From Candidatus Peregrinibacteria bacterium CG_4_9_14_0_2_um_filter_41_14 (lineage in GTDB: Bacteria; Patescibacteriota; Gracilibacteria; UBA1369; UM-FILTER-41-14): a stretch of 64,000 nucleotides of DNA. Position 1 is the stretch's first letter. Each line of letters opens with the position of its first letter. A program made the position numbers and the translations under genes. Under the pieces are notes generated by a model that saw nothing but the letters and a program-made list of their open reading frames with translations, was not told the DNA's origin and did not search any database. Shown one piece after another: positions 46,725 through 55,041 of this stretch. The DNA lies in NCBI GenBank assembly GCA_002788755.1, contig PFRW01000063.1:13339-77338 (forward strand), written 5' to 3'.

Positions 46725-49700
46725 CCCAAGCACCCCTCAAGCGCCGCCTTTAACTCCGGCGTTAGTGCAACCCCACCTTTAAGACGCATCTTTTGTATAT
46801 TGTTTTCGGCATCTTGCAACTGTAATTCCACCGGCGTTTCACCGGGGTTATCTTTTATCAGTTTTTTAAGTGAATTTAATCGGCTCGGGTCTGTTAAATG
46901 GGGAATATATAGTTGAAACAGGGGATCAGTTCCATCCATAAGCCCTGGCGCACTATCACCAAAAACCAATATTTCATTAGGATCATACAAACCCTCATCC
47001 TCCGCACGCTGCTTTAGCTGAGCTAAGGAAACCGCTTTTGCCTCGCGCATCACTAATTGTTTTTCGCGACGTTCTTCCAACTTACCGGTAATAAACACCA
47101 ACTTATCTTCCACTAATACATTAATCATTTGCGTATAAACACGAGGAAAGGCAATAGCCTCAATTACACCGGAAGGGTCCTCAATTTTTATAATCATCAT
47201 GGCATCACCACGCTTGGTAATAATTTTTTTACATTCTGTTACTAAACCGCCCACCGTTACATCTTCGCCATTTTTCTTTGGGCCCAAATCACAAATTAAG
47301 TTTGCCTTATGCCTAAAATAAGCCCCCAAACCTTTAAGCGGATGGCTTGACACATACAAACCTAAATACTGTTTTTCCCACTTTAACAACTGAAAATCGG
47401 TCGGCTTTGTGACCTCCGGCAAATTTAAGCTGGCACCTTTTGGCTTAGAACCATCATCATCAACCATCATTCCAAAAATATCCAACTGCCCCTCACTGGT
47501 CTGATCCTGTTCCGCTTTGGCAAAAGAGCTAATTACTTCATACCCTTCCGCCATTTGTAAGCGATCTCCAAACTCATCCAAAGACCCGGAATAAGCTAAG
47601 GCCTCCAAAGTTTTCTTATTTAATAATTTACGTGGCACCCGCTTCGAAAAATCTTCCAAACCCTTATATGGTCCCGCCTTATCTCTAGCGGTAATAATTT
47701 CCTGCACACTTGCCTCACCAACCCCCTTTATTGCCGCTAAACCAAACCGAATCACACCATCCTCTACAACCGTAAAATTAACATTAGACTCATTAACATT
47801 AGGCGGCAAAACTTTTACTCCCATCACATCACACTCCATTAAATCAATCACTACTCGGTCAGTATTACCTTGATCGGAAGTTAACAAAGCCGCCATAAAT
47901 TCTGTAGGATAATGCGCTTTTAAGTATGCTGTCTGATACGAAATCATCGCATAACAAGCCGCATGCGATTTATTAAAACCATAACCGGCAAAAGGCTCAA
48001 TCACATCGATAAAGATTTGTTTTGCAAAAGCTTCCTCTTGCCCTTGCTTCATAGCACTATCTACAAATTTTTGTCTTTGTTCCGCTAATAATTGTGGATC
48101 TTTTTTACCAACCGCTTTACGCAAAATATCTGCTTCGCCCAAGCTAAACCCGGCAAATACTTTGGCAATCTCTAACAACTGCTCCTGATACACACAAACT
48201 CCATAAGTCTCCTTTAAAATCCCTTCAAAAGAAGGATGCATATACTTAACAGTCTCCGACTTATGCTTACCCCGAATATAATCCGGAATGTAATCCATTG
48301 GACCAGGCCTATACAATGCGTTCATGGCAATAATATCCTCTAACTGTGTAGGCTTAAGTTCTTTTAAATAACGCTTCATCCCTCCAGATTCCAGCTGAAA
48401 CACTCCAGTTGTCTTCCCCTCTGACAAAAGCGTAAATGCTTTTTCGTCATCCATTGGGATCTTTGTTAAATCGATATCAACATCATGACGTTCTTTAATA
48501 ATAACTAACGCATTTTCCAAAATCGTTAAATTACGCAATCCCAAAAAGTCCATTTTAAGCAAACCAATTTCTTCTAGCGGCTTCATCGAATACTGCGTCA
48601 CCATTGTACCATCCTTACCCGACGCAAACTGCAGCGGCGTATAAGTAGTTAACTCCTTTTCTGCAATAATTACAGCACACGCATGGGTACCCGCATGCCG
48701 AATTGTCCCTTCTAATTTCATTGCATTATCCAACAAAGCTTTGGCTCGTTTATTTGTTTCATATTCCAACTTTAACTCGGGGAAATTAACCACAGACTCC
48801 TGCAACGGCGCATGTTTTCCTAATACCGGCTGCGGCATCTTCTTCGCAATTAAATCAACTTCACTATACGGATAGCCCATTGCACGGCCAACATCTCTAA
48901 CCGCTGACTTTGCGGCCATTGTTCCAAATGTAACCACCTGCGCTACATTTAATTCACCATATTTTTGTTTTACATACTGAATAATCTCATCCCGTCGATG
49001 ATCAGCAAAATCAATATCGATATCGGGCATAGAGATGCGCTCGGGGTTTAAGAAACGCTCAAACAGCAAACCATATTGCAAGGGGTCAAGCGCTGTAATA
49101 CCCAATGTATAAGCAATAATTGAACCAGCGGCTGAACCACGTCCAGGTCCAACAACAATACCATTTTGACGTGCATAATTAATAAAATCCCAAACAATCA
49201 AAAAGTAATCATCAAAACCCATTTGTGAAATAATTTTCAACTCATATTCCAAACGCTCATAGGCACCTTTTTTTTGCTTTTCTGTATAACGTTGCTCTAA
49301 ACCCTTTATACACAACTCGCGCAAATATTCCGCAGCCGGCATTTTATTGGGAGTAGGGAAGTGAGGTAACAAATTTAATCCTAAAGGAATTTCCAAATTA
49401 CATTTTTCGGCAATTGCCAATGTATTTTTTATAGCATCCGGACGGTCCGCAAAAGCTCTCAACATATCATCCGGTGTGCGGATTGCATGATTCGACGTAT
49501 ATATCATGCGATCATCATCATAAATTGTTTTACCGGTTTGAATCGATACTAAAATGTCATGAGCATCGCGATCTTCAGGCTTTGTATAATGACAATCGTT
49601 TGTAGCAACAACATTAAGGCCGGCATTTGCTGCCAAATCAAAAATATTCCGGTTTAAAATACCTTGATCAGTAATTTTAGGATGATCCTGAACCTCTAAA

Positions 49701-50206
49701 TAAAAATCTTCTCGACCAAAAATATCCAAATAAATACCAAGCTTTTTTTGGGCCAATTCCAAATCATTATTTAACAACGCTCGTGGAATTTCTCCTATCA
49801 AACAACCGCTTGTGGCAATCAAACCTTCACTATATTTGGCCAGTAATGCATGATCAATACGAGGCTTATAATAAAATCCATCTAAATGTGCTTGCGTTAC
49901 CAACTGCATTAAATTTTGATAACCAATCTGATTTTTAGCTAACAATAACAAATGATTCGACTTCTTTTGCGTAGCATCTTTTTTAAATCGATCTTCACAA
50001 ATATACATTTCGCACCCAATAATTGGCTTAACACCATGTTTTTTACCAGCCTTATAAAATTCGACCGAACCATACATTACCCCATGGTCTGTTAATGCAA
50101 TAGCGGGCGACCCTTGCTCCTTAGCACTCAAGATCATCTCCTCCGGACGCGATAATCCGTCCAACAAACTATAATGACTATGATTATGAAGATGAACAAA
50201 ACTCAT
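46721..50206 (-). CDS. dnaE: DNA polymerase III alpha subunit
   Basis: PHP domain begins MSFVHLHNHSHYSLLDG at the ATG at 50206. Colinear Pol IIIa core with a C-terminal OB fold. The track's extension to 50290 (TTG) runs into the tRNA-Leu promoter and adds a non-conserved hydrophobic peptide. Confidence 0.93.
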   Translation of the reverse strand: MSFVHLHNHSHYSLLDGLSRPEEMILSAKEQGSPAIALTDHGVMYGSVEFYKAGKKHGVKPIIGCEMYICEDRFKKDATQKKSNHLLLLAKNQIGYQNLMQLVTQAHLDGFYYKPRIDHALLAKYSEGLIATSGCLIGEIPRALLNNDLELAQKKLGIYLDIFGREDFYLEVQDHPKITDQGILNRNIFDLAANAGLNVVATNDCHYTKPEDRDAHDILVSIQTGKTIYDDDRMIYTSNHAIRTPDDMLRAFADRPDAIKNTLAIAEKCNLEIPLGLNLLPHFPTPNKMPAAEYLRELCIKGLEQRYTEKQKKGAYERLEYELKIISQMGFDDYFLIVWDFINYARQNGIVVGPGRGSAAGSIIAYTLGITALDPLQYGLLFERFLNPERISMPDIDIDFADHRRDEIIQYVKQKYGELNVAQVVTFGTMAAKSAVRDVGRAMGYPYSEVDLIAKKMPQPVLGKHAPLQESVVNFPELKLEYETNKRAKALLDNAMKLEGTIRHAGTHACAVIIAEKELTTYTPLQFASGKDGTMVTQYSMKPLEEIGLLKMDFLGLRNLTILENALVIIKERHDVDIDLTKIPMDDEKAFTLLSEGKTTGVFQLESGGMKRYLKELKPTQLEDIIAMNALYRPGPMDYIPDYIRGKHKSETVKYMHPSFEGILKETYGVCVYQEQLLEIAKVFAGFSLGEADILRKAVGKKDPQLLAEQRQKFVDSAMKQGQEEAFAKQIFIDVIEPFAGYGFNKSHAACYAMISYQTAYLKAHYPTEFMAALLTSDQGNTDRVVIDLMECDVMGVKVLPPNVNESNVNFTVVEDGVIRFGLAAIKGVGEASVQEIITARDKAGPYKGLEDFSKRVPRKLLNKKTLEALAYSGSLDEFGDRLQMAEGYEVISSFAKAEQDQTSEGQLDIFGMMVDDDGSKPKGASLNLPEVTKPTDFQLLKWEKQYLGLYVSSHPLKGLGAYFRHKANLICDLGPKKNGEDVTVGGLVTECKKIITKRGDAMMIIKIEDPSGVIEAIAFPRVYTQMINVLVEDKLVFITGKLEERREKQLVMREAKAVSLAQLKQRAEDEGLYDPNEILVFGDSAPGLMDGTDPLFQLYIPHLTDPSRLNSLKKLIKDNPGETPVELQLQDAENNIQKMRLKGGVALTPELKAALEGCLG

Positions 50207-50279
50207 ATAAATATTCAAAATTAATTTCAAACCGGATTTTATCATACATAAAAGAATGTAGCAAAATAGCAAAATCCTC

Positions 50280-50308
50280 TTGAATGCCAAAGCTTATCCT
50301 GCTATAAA
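50280..50308 (+). promoter_or_regulatory. Putative promoter for tRNA-Leu
   Basis: TTGAAT (50280-50285), 17-nt spacer, TATAAA (50303-50308). Ends 14 nt before the tRNA 5' end. Confidence 0.4.
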
Positions 50309-50322
50309 CTGAAATACAAAAT

Positions 50323-50407
50323 GCCGAGGTGGCGAAATTGGTAGACGCGCTGGTCTTAGGAACCAGTGGGGCAACCCTTGAGAGTTCGAGTCTCTCCCCC
50401 GGCACCA
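50323..50407 (+). tRNA. tRNA-Leu (anticodon TAG), long variable arm, CCA encoded
   Basis: Acceptor GCCGAGG/CCCCGGC with one A-C mismatch. Anticodon stem-loop CTGGT-cTTAGga-ACCAG. Long variable arm (TGGGGCAACCCTTG), T-loop GTTCGAGT, 3' ACCA. Confidence 0.9.
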
Positions 50408-50453
50408 TATTTATAATGCTTAAAAAGTATAAGTTTTTTAACAAACAATAGTA

Positions 50454-50483
50454 TTGACAGAACGTCAACTATGGCGGTATCAT
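50454..50483 (+). promoter_or_regulatory. Putative sigma-70-type promoter for the second sigma-r4/HARE gene
   Basis: TTGACA (50454-50459), 18-nt spacer, TATCAT (50478-50483). The -35 box is embedded in the small palindrome TTGAC-agaac-GTCAA. Confidence 0.4.
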
Positions 50484-50517
50484 CACAAACCTCAATTAAT
50501 TTGCTAAGAACCAAAAT

Positions 50518-51609
50518 ATGCAATTCGCAGGAAACAACACCTCAAACATTAGAACATTAAATCTTCCAGAGATCCTACGGGATCTTTTTATTGTCCTAAA
50601 TGACAGAGAAAAAAATGTACTTGTACGTCGTTTTGCACTAGGAAACACACCAAAAGAAACATTAGAATCAATTGGAAAAGACCTGACAGTAACACGTGAA
50701 AGAGTTAGACAAATCGAAAACCTAGCCCTTAAAAAATTACGACGCACCTGTCCTACTACTGCTTTTCATCTAGTTAATCAATTAAGCAACCAACTTCTCC
50801 AAAATTCCGGCGGCATACTTTCCGAAAAAGGTATCATCAACAAGCTACTACAAGAACTCACACATACAACCGAAGCCGAAAAACCAATCATTCAATTAAG
50901 TTTAGAAATCAATCCTGAAATCACCAAAATCAAGAAAAGCAAAAACTTAAAAACAAGCTGGCATCTTAAATCACTTAAGATTAAAGACATCAAAACAATC
51001 ATCAATTCAGCTGTCAAAACCTTAAAAACAACAATCGACAACATCGTAGTCGAAGAATCGGATTTTATTAAGCAAGTACAACAAGATCTAGCAACACAAA
51101 AACTTAGCGTTAACCCTAAAACAATCCAGTCAACAATATCAATCGACAAAAGAATTAAACTAATTACTGAAGGATACGGACTAACTAAGTGGCGCCACGT
51201 TCAACCAAAAAGTATTCGTGACAAAGCTTTGATCATTTTAAGACGTCAAAACAAACCATTACATTTTATTGAAATTGCCAACAAAATTGGTGACGCGCAT
51301 TTTTCCAAAAAACAAGTTACAACTCAAGCTGTTCACAACGAGCTTATTCGCTATGATGACTTTATCTTAGTTGGTAGGGGACTTTACGCTTTAAGAGAAT
51401 GGGGATATATTAAAGGTACTGTTAAAGAAGTTCTTACAAATATCTTAGCTGAAGCACCTAAGCCAATGAAAAAACAAGATATTATTGCTGCGGTTTTAGA
51501 ACGTCGTCATGTTAAAATCGGCACTATCTCCCTAAATCTACAAAAATACCCTCAATTCGAAAGAATCGATCGCGCTTTGTATCGTTATAATGAAGCTCTA
51601 GAAAAATAA
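50518..51609 (+). CDS. Sigma-70 region-4-like HTH protein with C-terminal HARE-HTH-like domain (paralogue B)
   Basis: 363 aa. Colinear with 29294-30364 through the shared blocks SIGKDxTVTRERxRQI, LTKWRHVxPK, PLHFxEIxNKI, TQAVHNELI and DFILVGRGxYALxEWGYxxGTV. Confidence 0.65.
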   Translation: MQFAGNNTSNIRTLNLPEILRDLFIVLNDREKNVLVRRFALGNTPKETLESIGKDLTVTRERVRQIENLALKKLRRTCPTTAFHLVNQLSNQLLQNSGGILSEKGIINKLLQELTHTTEAEKPIIQLSLEINPEITKIKKSKNLKTSWHLKSLKIKDIKTIINSAVKTLKTTIDNIVVEESDFIKQVQQDLATQKLSVNPKTIQSTISIDKRIKLITEGYGLTKWRHVQPKSIRDKALIILRRQNKPLHFIEIANKIGDAHFSKKQVTTQAVHNELIRYDDFILVGRGLYALREWGYIKGTVKEVLTNILAEAPKPMKKQDIIAAVLERRHVKIGTISLNLQKYPQFERIDRALYRYNEALEK

Positions 51610-51611
51610 AT

Positions 51612-51938
51612 ATGAATGACTGCATTTTCTGCAAACTCGCTAATACACCGAACGCAATTATTGCTGAGAACCAGCATGCCTTCGCAATTAGAGACATTAA
51701 CCCCAGTGCACCAATTCATTTACTTGTTATTCCCAAAGAACACATTCGTTCACTAAACCAAATCGACGCAAAATCTGAAACAATGAATGCAATTATTAAA
51801 CTAGCACAAGACCTTAGCAACGATTACCAAATTGCCGGTTACAAACTAAATTGCAACGTTGAAAGTGCCGGCGGACAAGAGGTTATGCATTTACATTTTC
51901 ACTTTTTAGCTAAATCAAGCGATAAATCAATTGCATAG
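51612..51938 (+). CDS. HIT (histidine triad) family nucleotide hydrolase/transferase
   Basis: 108 aa. CIFCKL N-terminus and the histidine triad HLHFHFL. Confidence 0.8.
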   Translation: MNDCIFCKLANTPNAIIAENQHAFAIRDINPSAPIHLLVIPKEHIRSLNQIDAKSETMNAIIKLAQDLSNDYQIAGYKLNCNVESAGGQEVMHLHFHFLAKSSDKSIA

Positions 51939-52795
51939 CTATTCTTTGTAAGCGCTCCCAAAGAAATATAATCCAAACCTTGGACATCATAATCCAAGTA
52001 ATTTTCGGCGTTTATCGAACCAGATGCCTCTCTAAAAACCTGTACCGATAATTCCGGCAACCAATCTTTAAACTGATCAACTTTTAAATTATCAAACATA
52101 ATGCCCAACGGTGGCATCTCCATACCAAACGCAAAATACTGACTAGCAAACTTTTGAAACAATAAAAACTGGTCACGATTTTCCACTTCCACTTCTACAA
52201 ACGCTAAATTGGCAATTTTTTCAAAAAATGTTTTTAGTTCACCTTTATCCACTAAGTCGGACATCCAAGCAAAATCATTATCTTTCACAATCATCGCCTG
52301 ACCATAACTTAAACGATGTGTTAAACCACCACCTACCAATACCGCCTTTTTATCCAATAACGACCACAAAGTTTTACGAGTCGAAGCAATTTTAATATAT
52401 ATCAATTTGGCCGTAAGCCGATGAGTATTTGTGGCAATGCCAGACATACGCCCAATAAAATTAACAATCGTGCGCTCAATCAATAGTAGTTCATCCAAAT
52501 TCCCCGTTAATTCCAAAAGCATATCACCGGCCATAAACGCATCACCATCTGCCACTTTTAAAACCACCTTGCTTCCCAATAACGCCAACAGTTCCTCACC
52601 ACCGGCAAATACACCCGCCTCGCGAGCAATTAACACCATCTTTGTCAAAACATTGGGCTTAACATTAAAACCGGTCCGTTCATTAAAACGATCAGACTCC
52701 AGCCACCATGCCCAAATTTGTTGGACAAACCGCAAATAATCAAGATTTGTCACCTTGAGCAATTCACTGAAATTTGGCAAAAAACGATTATGCAT
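51899..52795 (-). CDS. NadC-family (quinolinate/nicotinate-nucleotide) phosphoribosyltransferase-like protein
   Basis: 298 aa. ERTIVNFIGRMSGIATNT, STRKT, VGGGLTHRL, EVEVEN, EASGSI and ISLGALTKN are colinear with NadC-type type II PRTases. Substrate not inferable. Confidence 0.6.
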   Translation of the reverse strand: MHNRFLPNFSELLKVTNLDYLRFVQQIWAWWLESDRFNERTGFNVKPNVLTKMVLIAREAGVFAGGEELLALLGSKVVLKVADGDAFMAGDMLLELTGNLDELLLIERTIVNFIGRMSGIATNTHRLTAKLIYIKIASTRKTLWSLLDKKAVLVGGGLTHRLSYGQAMIVKDNDFAWMSDLVDKGELKTFFEKIANLAFVEVEVENRDQFLLFQKFASQYFAFGMEMPPLGIMFDNLKVDQFKDWLPELSVQVFREASGSINAENYLDYDVQGLDYISLGALTKNSYAIDLSLDLAKK

Positions 52796-52820
52796 TCATA
52801 AACGCTAAAGAGTAAACCAA

Positions 52821-53303
52821 CTATACTATGCCATGCACAATTCGCAACCACAAAGCCTTTAACGCTTTATAACTAGCCTCAGCCACATCTGCCAACAAAC
52901 GATTAATATTACGCATTTTTGCAATCACATCGTTATACTGCATAATGGTTTTTAACCCCTCCTTTCTTAATTTTGTCTCTTCTTTACCCAGCCCCACCAA
53001 CTGCTGATGTAACGCATTGCGAATATCACGGACCATATCTTGCTTTGGTGGCTGCGATGCAATTAATTGCGCCTTATGAGCAGCAATTTGCTTAGCTGTT
53101 TTACCAGCTGTAGCACCTGTTGTAGCCGCTTTGCCGGCACCTTGATTTTCACCTACGTCTTGAGCTGTTTCGGCAATATCACCCAAACCAACCGCCTCTA
53201 TCTCACCAGAAATATCCACACCCAAAGAAGACTCAACAGCCGGAGCCGATTCAGGTGTTTTTGGCGCGTGCCCAACTTTATTTTCAATGTCCATTGGTGT
53301 CAT
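52821..53303 (-). CDS. Hypothetical protein (low-complexity N-terminus, helical C-terminus)
   Basis: 160-aa ORF. Ala/Gly/Glu-rich first half and an amphipathic helical second half. Divergent from the 53457 operon. Confidence 0.4.
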   Translation of the reverse strand: MTPMDIENKVGHAPKTPESAPAVESSLGVDISGEIEAVGLGDIAETAQDVGENQGAGKAATTGATAGKTAKQIAAHKAQLIASQPPKQDMVRDIRNALHQQLVGLGKEETKLRKEGLKTIMQYNDVIAKMRNINRLLADVAEASYKALKALWLRIVHGIV

Positions 53304-53456
53304 CTTTTGTTTTTATATAAACCTTTTGTCAATTATAGCAAGAAACTACTACCTTTAGCAAGTATCCAAACATTATCCATCATAAATTTCCGCTTCAAAA
53401 AAAATTAAAAAGCGGTTAGAATTACGGAAATCAACATCTTTTCATTAGCCCAAAAT

Positions 53457-55040
53457 ATGTTAAAACGACTATTTACTACCTTGTTTACAGCCTCCATCGC
53501 CTTTACCTTTATTTTTCCAGGTCTTGTTGCTATGGCCCAAACCATCGACCAACCCCCAACCGCCGAAAAAGAACTCGCAGACGAAATTTACTTTGTAAAA
53601 GCAAATATTCCGGTTCCGGTAATCACCAATCGGCCATCTGTGTTTTCTGCAAGCCCTCAATTTGACATTACTAAAGTCCAATCAATTGAATATATTTGGA
53701 ATTTTGGCGACGGCAACCGTGACAAAGGCAAAGAAGTCGTTCACACCTACAACGAACCGGGCAACTACACCCTCGGTCTCGAAACTCAAATTACCGAAAA
53801 TAACAAAAACAAAGTAATAGTAAGCGAAAGTGAACAAATCTTTGTCGCTCAAAAATTTGCCTTACTAATTTCCGATCGTGTTGACCTTCAAGAAAAAATT
53901 GGTAGCTTCGTCAAATTAGCCCGCGAAGAAAATATCGCCCTACAATTAGTAGAAAGTTACAACAGCCAATCCACCTTCTTATCTGAAGAAGTTTTGGCCA
54001 AAAAATTAAACGAACTCAACAACCTCATTCAAAAAACAGACACAATCTTAGTATGGACCCAAACCGGTACCGGCCTTAACGCCTTAACTCGCTACCTCCA
54101 AACCAAACCGGAAGCCAGCCTTCAAAACACAACAATTATCCTCCTAACGGATGAACTAACTAATTTACAAAGCGCCAAACGCCAATACCAACAAATTCGC
54201 CCGCGCGAAATCATCGTTGTCCGAGAATCAGGCATCAGCCTACCATTTTTAGAAAGTCAAAATATTGAAGAGTACAAACAAAAACTAACCAAAGGCGGCT
54301 ACGATTTTGAAATTATCAATGAACGTAGCAACGAAATTAAACCATGGCGCATATTAAGCTACACACTTAATTTCCTCACCGAAAAAGGCATTCCCGACAA
54401 CACCCTAATCCTAATTTTACTATTACCGGTTATCGCTACCGTTATTGCGTTTTTAAAACAAGTTGTGGGGCTTTCAACCTTAGGCTTATACACACCAACA
54501 ATTATCACCCTCACATTCCTAATTTTAGGTATTAAATTTGGCGTCGTCATTTTGTTCTTTATTACCATTGTTAGCTTAGTTAGCCATAAAATCCTCAAAA
54601 AATTCCGGCTCTTATACGTGCCCAAAATGGCGATTGTAATCACAATTGTATCACTTACAATTTTCATTCTCTTTTCATTAGCCGTTCTTTGGAACATTTT
54701 AGATGCTGAATTTATTTCTTTTGCCATCTTCCCAACTGTTGTTATGGGAACTTTAGTCGAAAAAGTTGTCACTGCCAACTCTACCAAAAGCTTTGGTAAA
54801 TCTTTACTAACAATTCTTGGCGTCTTAGTTGTGAGTGGTATTGCTTACATCATTGTGGGCGGTCCAATCGATTTCCTCTTCATTAACTTCCGTTTCGATT
54901 TTATTAGAAACTTTATTGCCAACTATCCCGAAGCAATCATTTTATTTGTAATTATTAATACGCTACTAGGACGATGGACCGGTCTCCGTTTAACAGAAGT
55001 CATCCATTTTCAAGAAATAATGTATAACACCGAAGAATAG
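53457..55040 (+). CDS. Secreted PKD-domain region fused to a C-terminal 7-TM module (7TM of the type that partners ATP-grasp ligases)
   Basis: 527 aa. Signal peptide and a PKD-like motif (IWNFGDGN...VVHTYNEPGNYTLGLE). A roughly 180-aa alpha/beta-looking region follows. About seven hydrophobic helices span roughly aa 305 to 527 and end in GRWTGLRLTEVIHFQE. Confidence 0.6.
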   Translation: MLKRLFTTLFTASIAFTFIFPGLVAMAQTIDQPPTAEKELADEIYFVKANIPVPVITNRPSVFSASPQFDITKVQSIEYIWNFGDGNRDKGKEVVHTYNEPGNYTLGLETQITENNKNKVIVSESEQIFVAQKFALLISDRVDLQEKIGSFVKLAREENIALQLVESYNSQSTFLSEEVLAKKLNELNNLIQKTDTILVWTQTGTGLNALTRYLQTKPEASLQNTTIILLTDELTNLQSAKRQYQQIRPREIIVVRESGISLPFLESQNIEEYKQKLTKGGYDFEIINERSNEIKPWRILSYTLNFLTEKGIPDNTLILILLLPVIATVIAFLKQVVGLSTLGLYTPTIITLTFLILGIKFGVVILFFITIVSLVSHKILKKFRLLYVPKMAIVITIVSLTIFILFSLAVLWNILDAEFISFAIFPTVVMGTLVEKVVTANSTKSFGKSLLTILGVLVVSGIAYIIVGGPIDFLFINFRFDFIRNFIANYPEAIILFVIINTLLGRWTGLRLTEVIHFQEIMYNTEE

Positions 55041-55041
55041 T

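Noticed and set aside
50207-50290. N-terminal extensions proposed by the ORF track for dnaE (TTG at 50290), the sigma-r4/HARE gene (TTG at 29225), the STAS gene (60011) and pilin-like paralogue 2 (TTG at 8176).
   Set aside because: The conserved N-termini start at internal ATGs: MSFVHLHNHSHY at 50206, MITNAIS at 29294, MAHLDLN at 59936 and MRNFF at 8134. The dnaE and sigma-r4 extensions run through predicted promoters (the -35 boxes at 50280 and 29225). The extension at 8176 overlaps the upstream gene.
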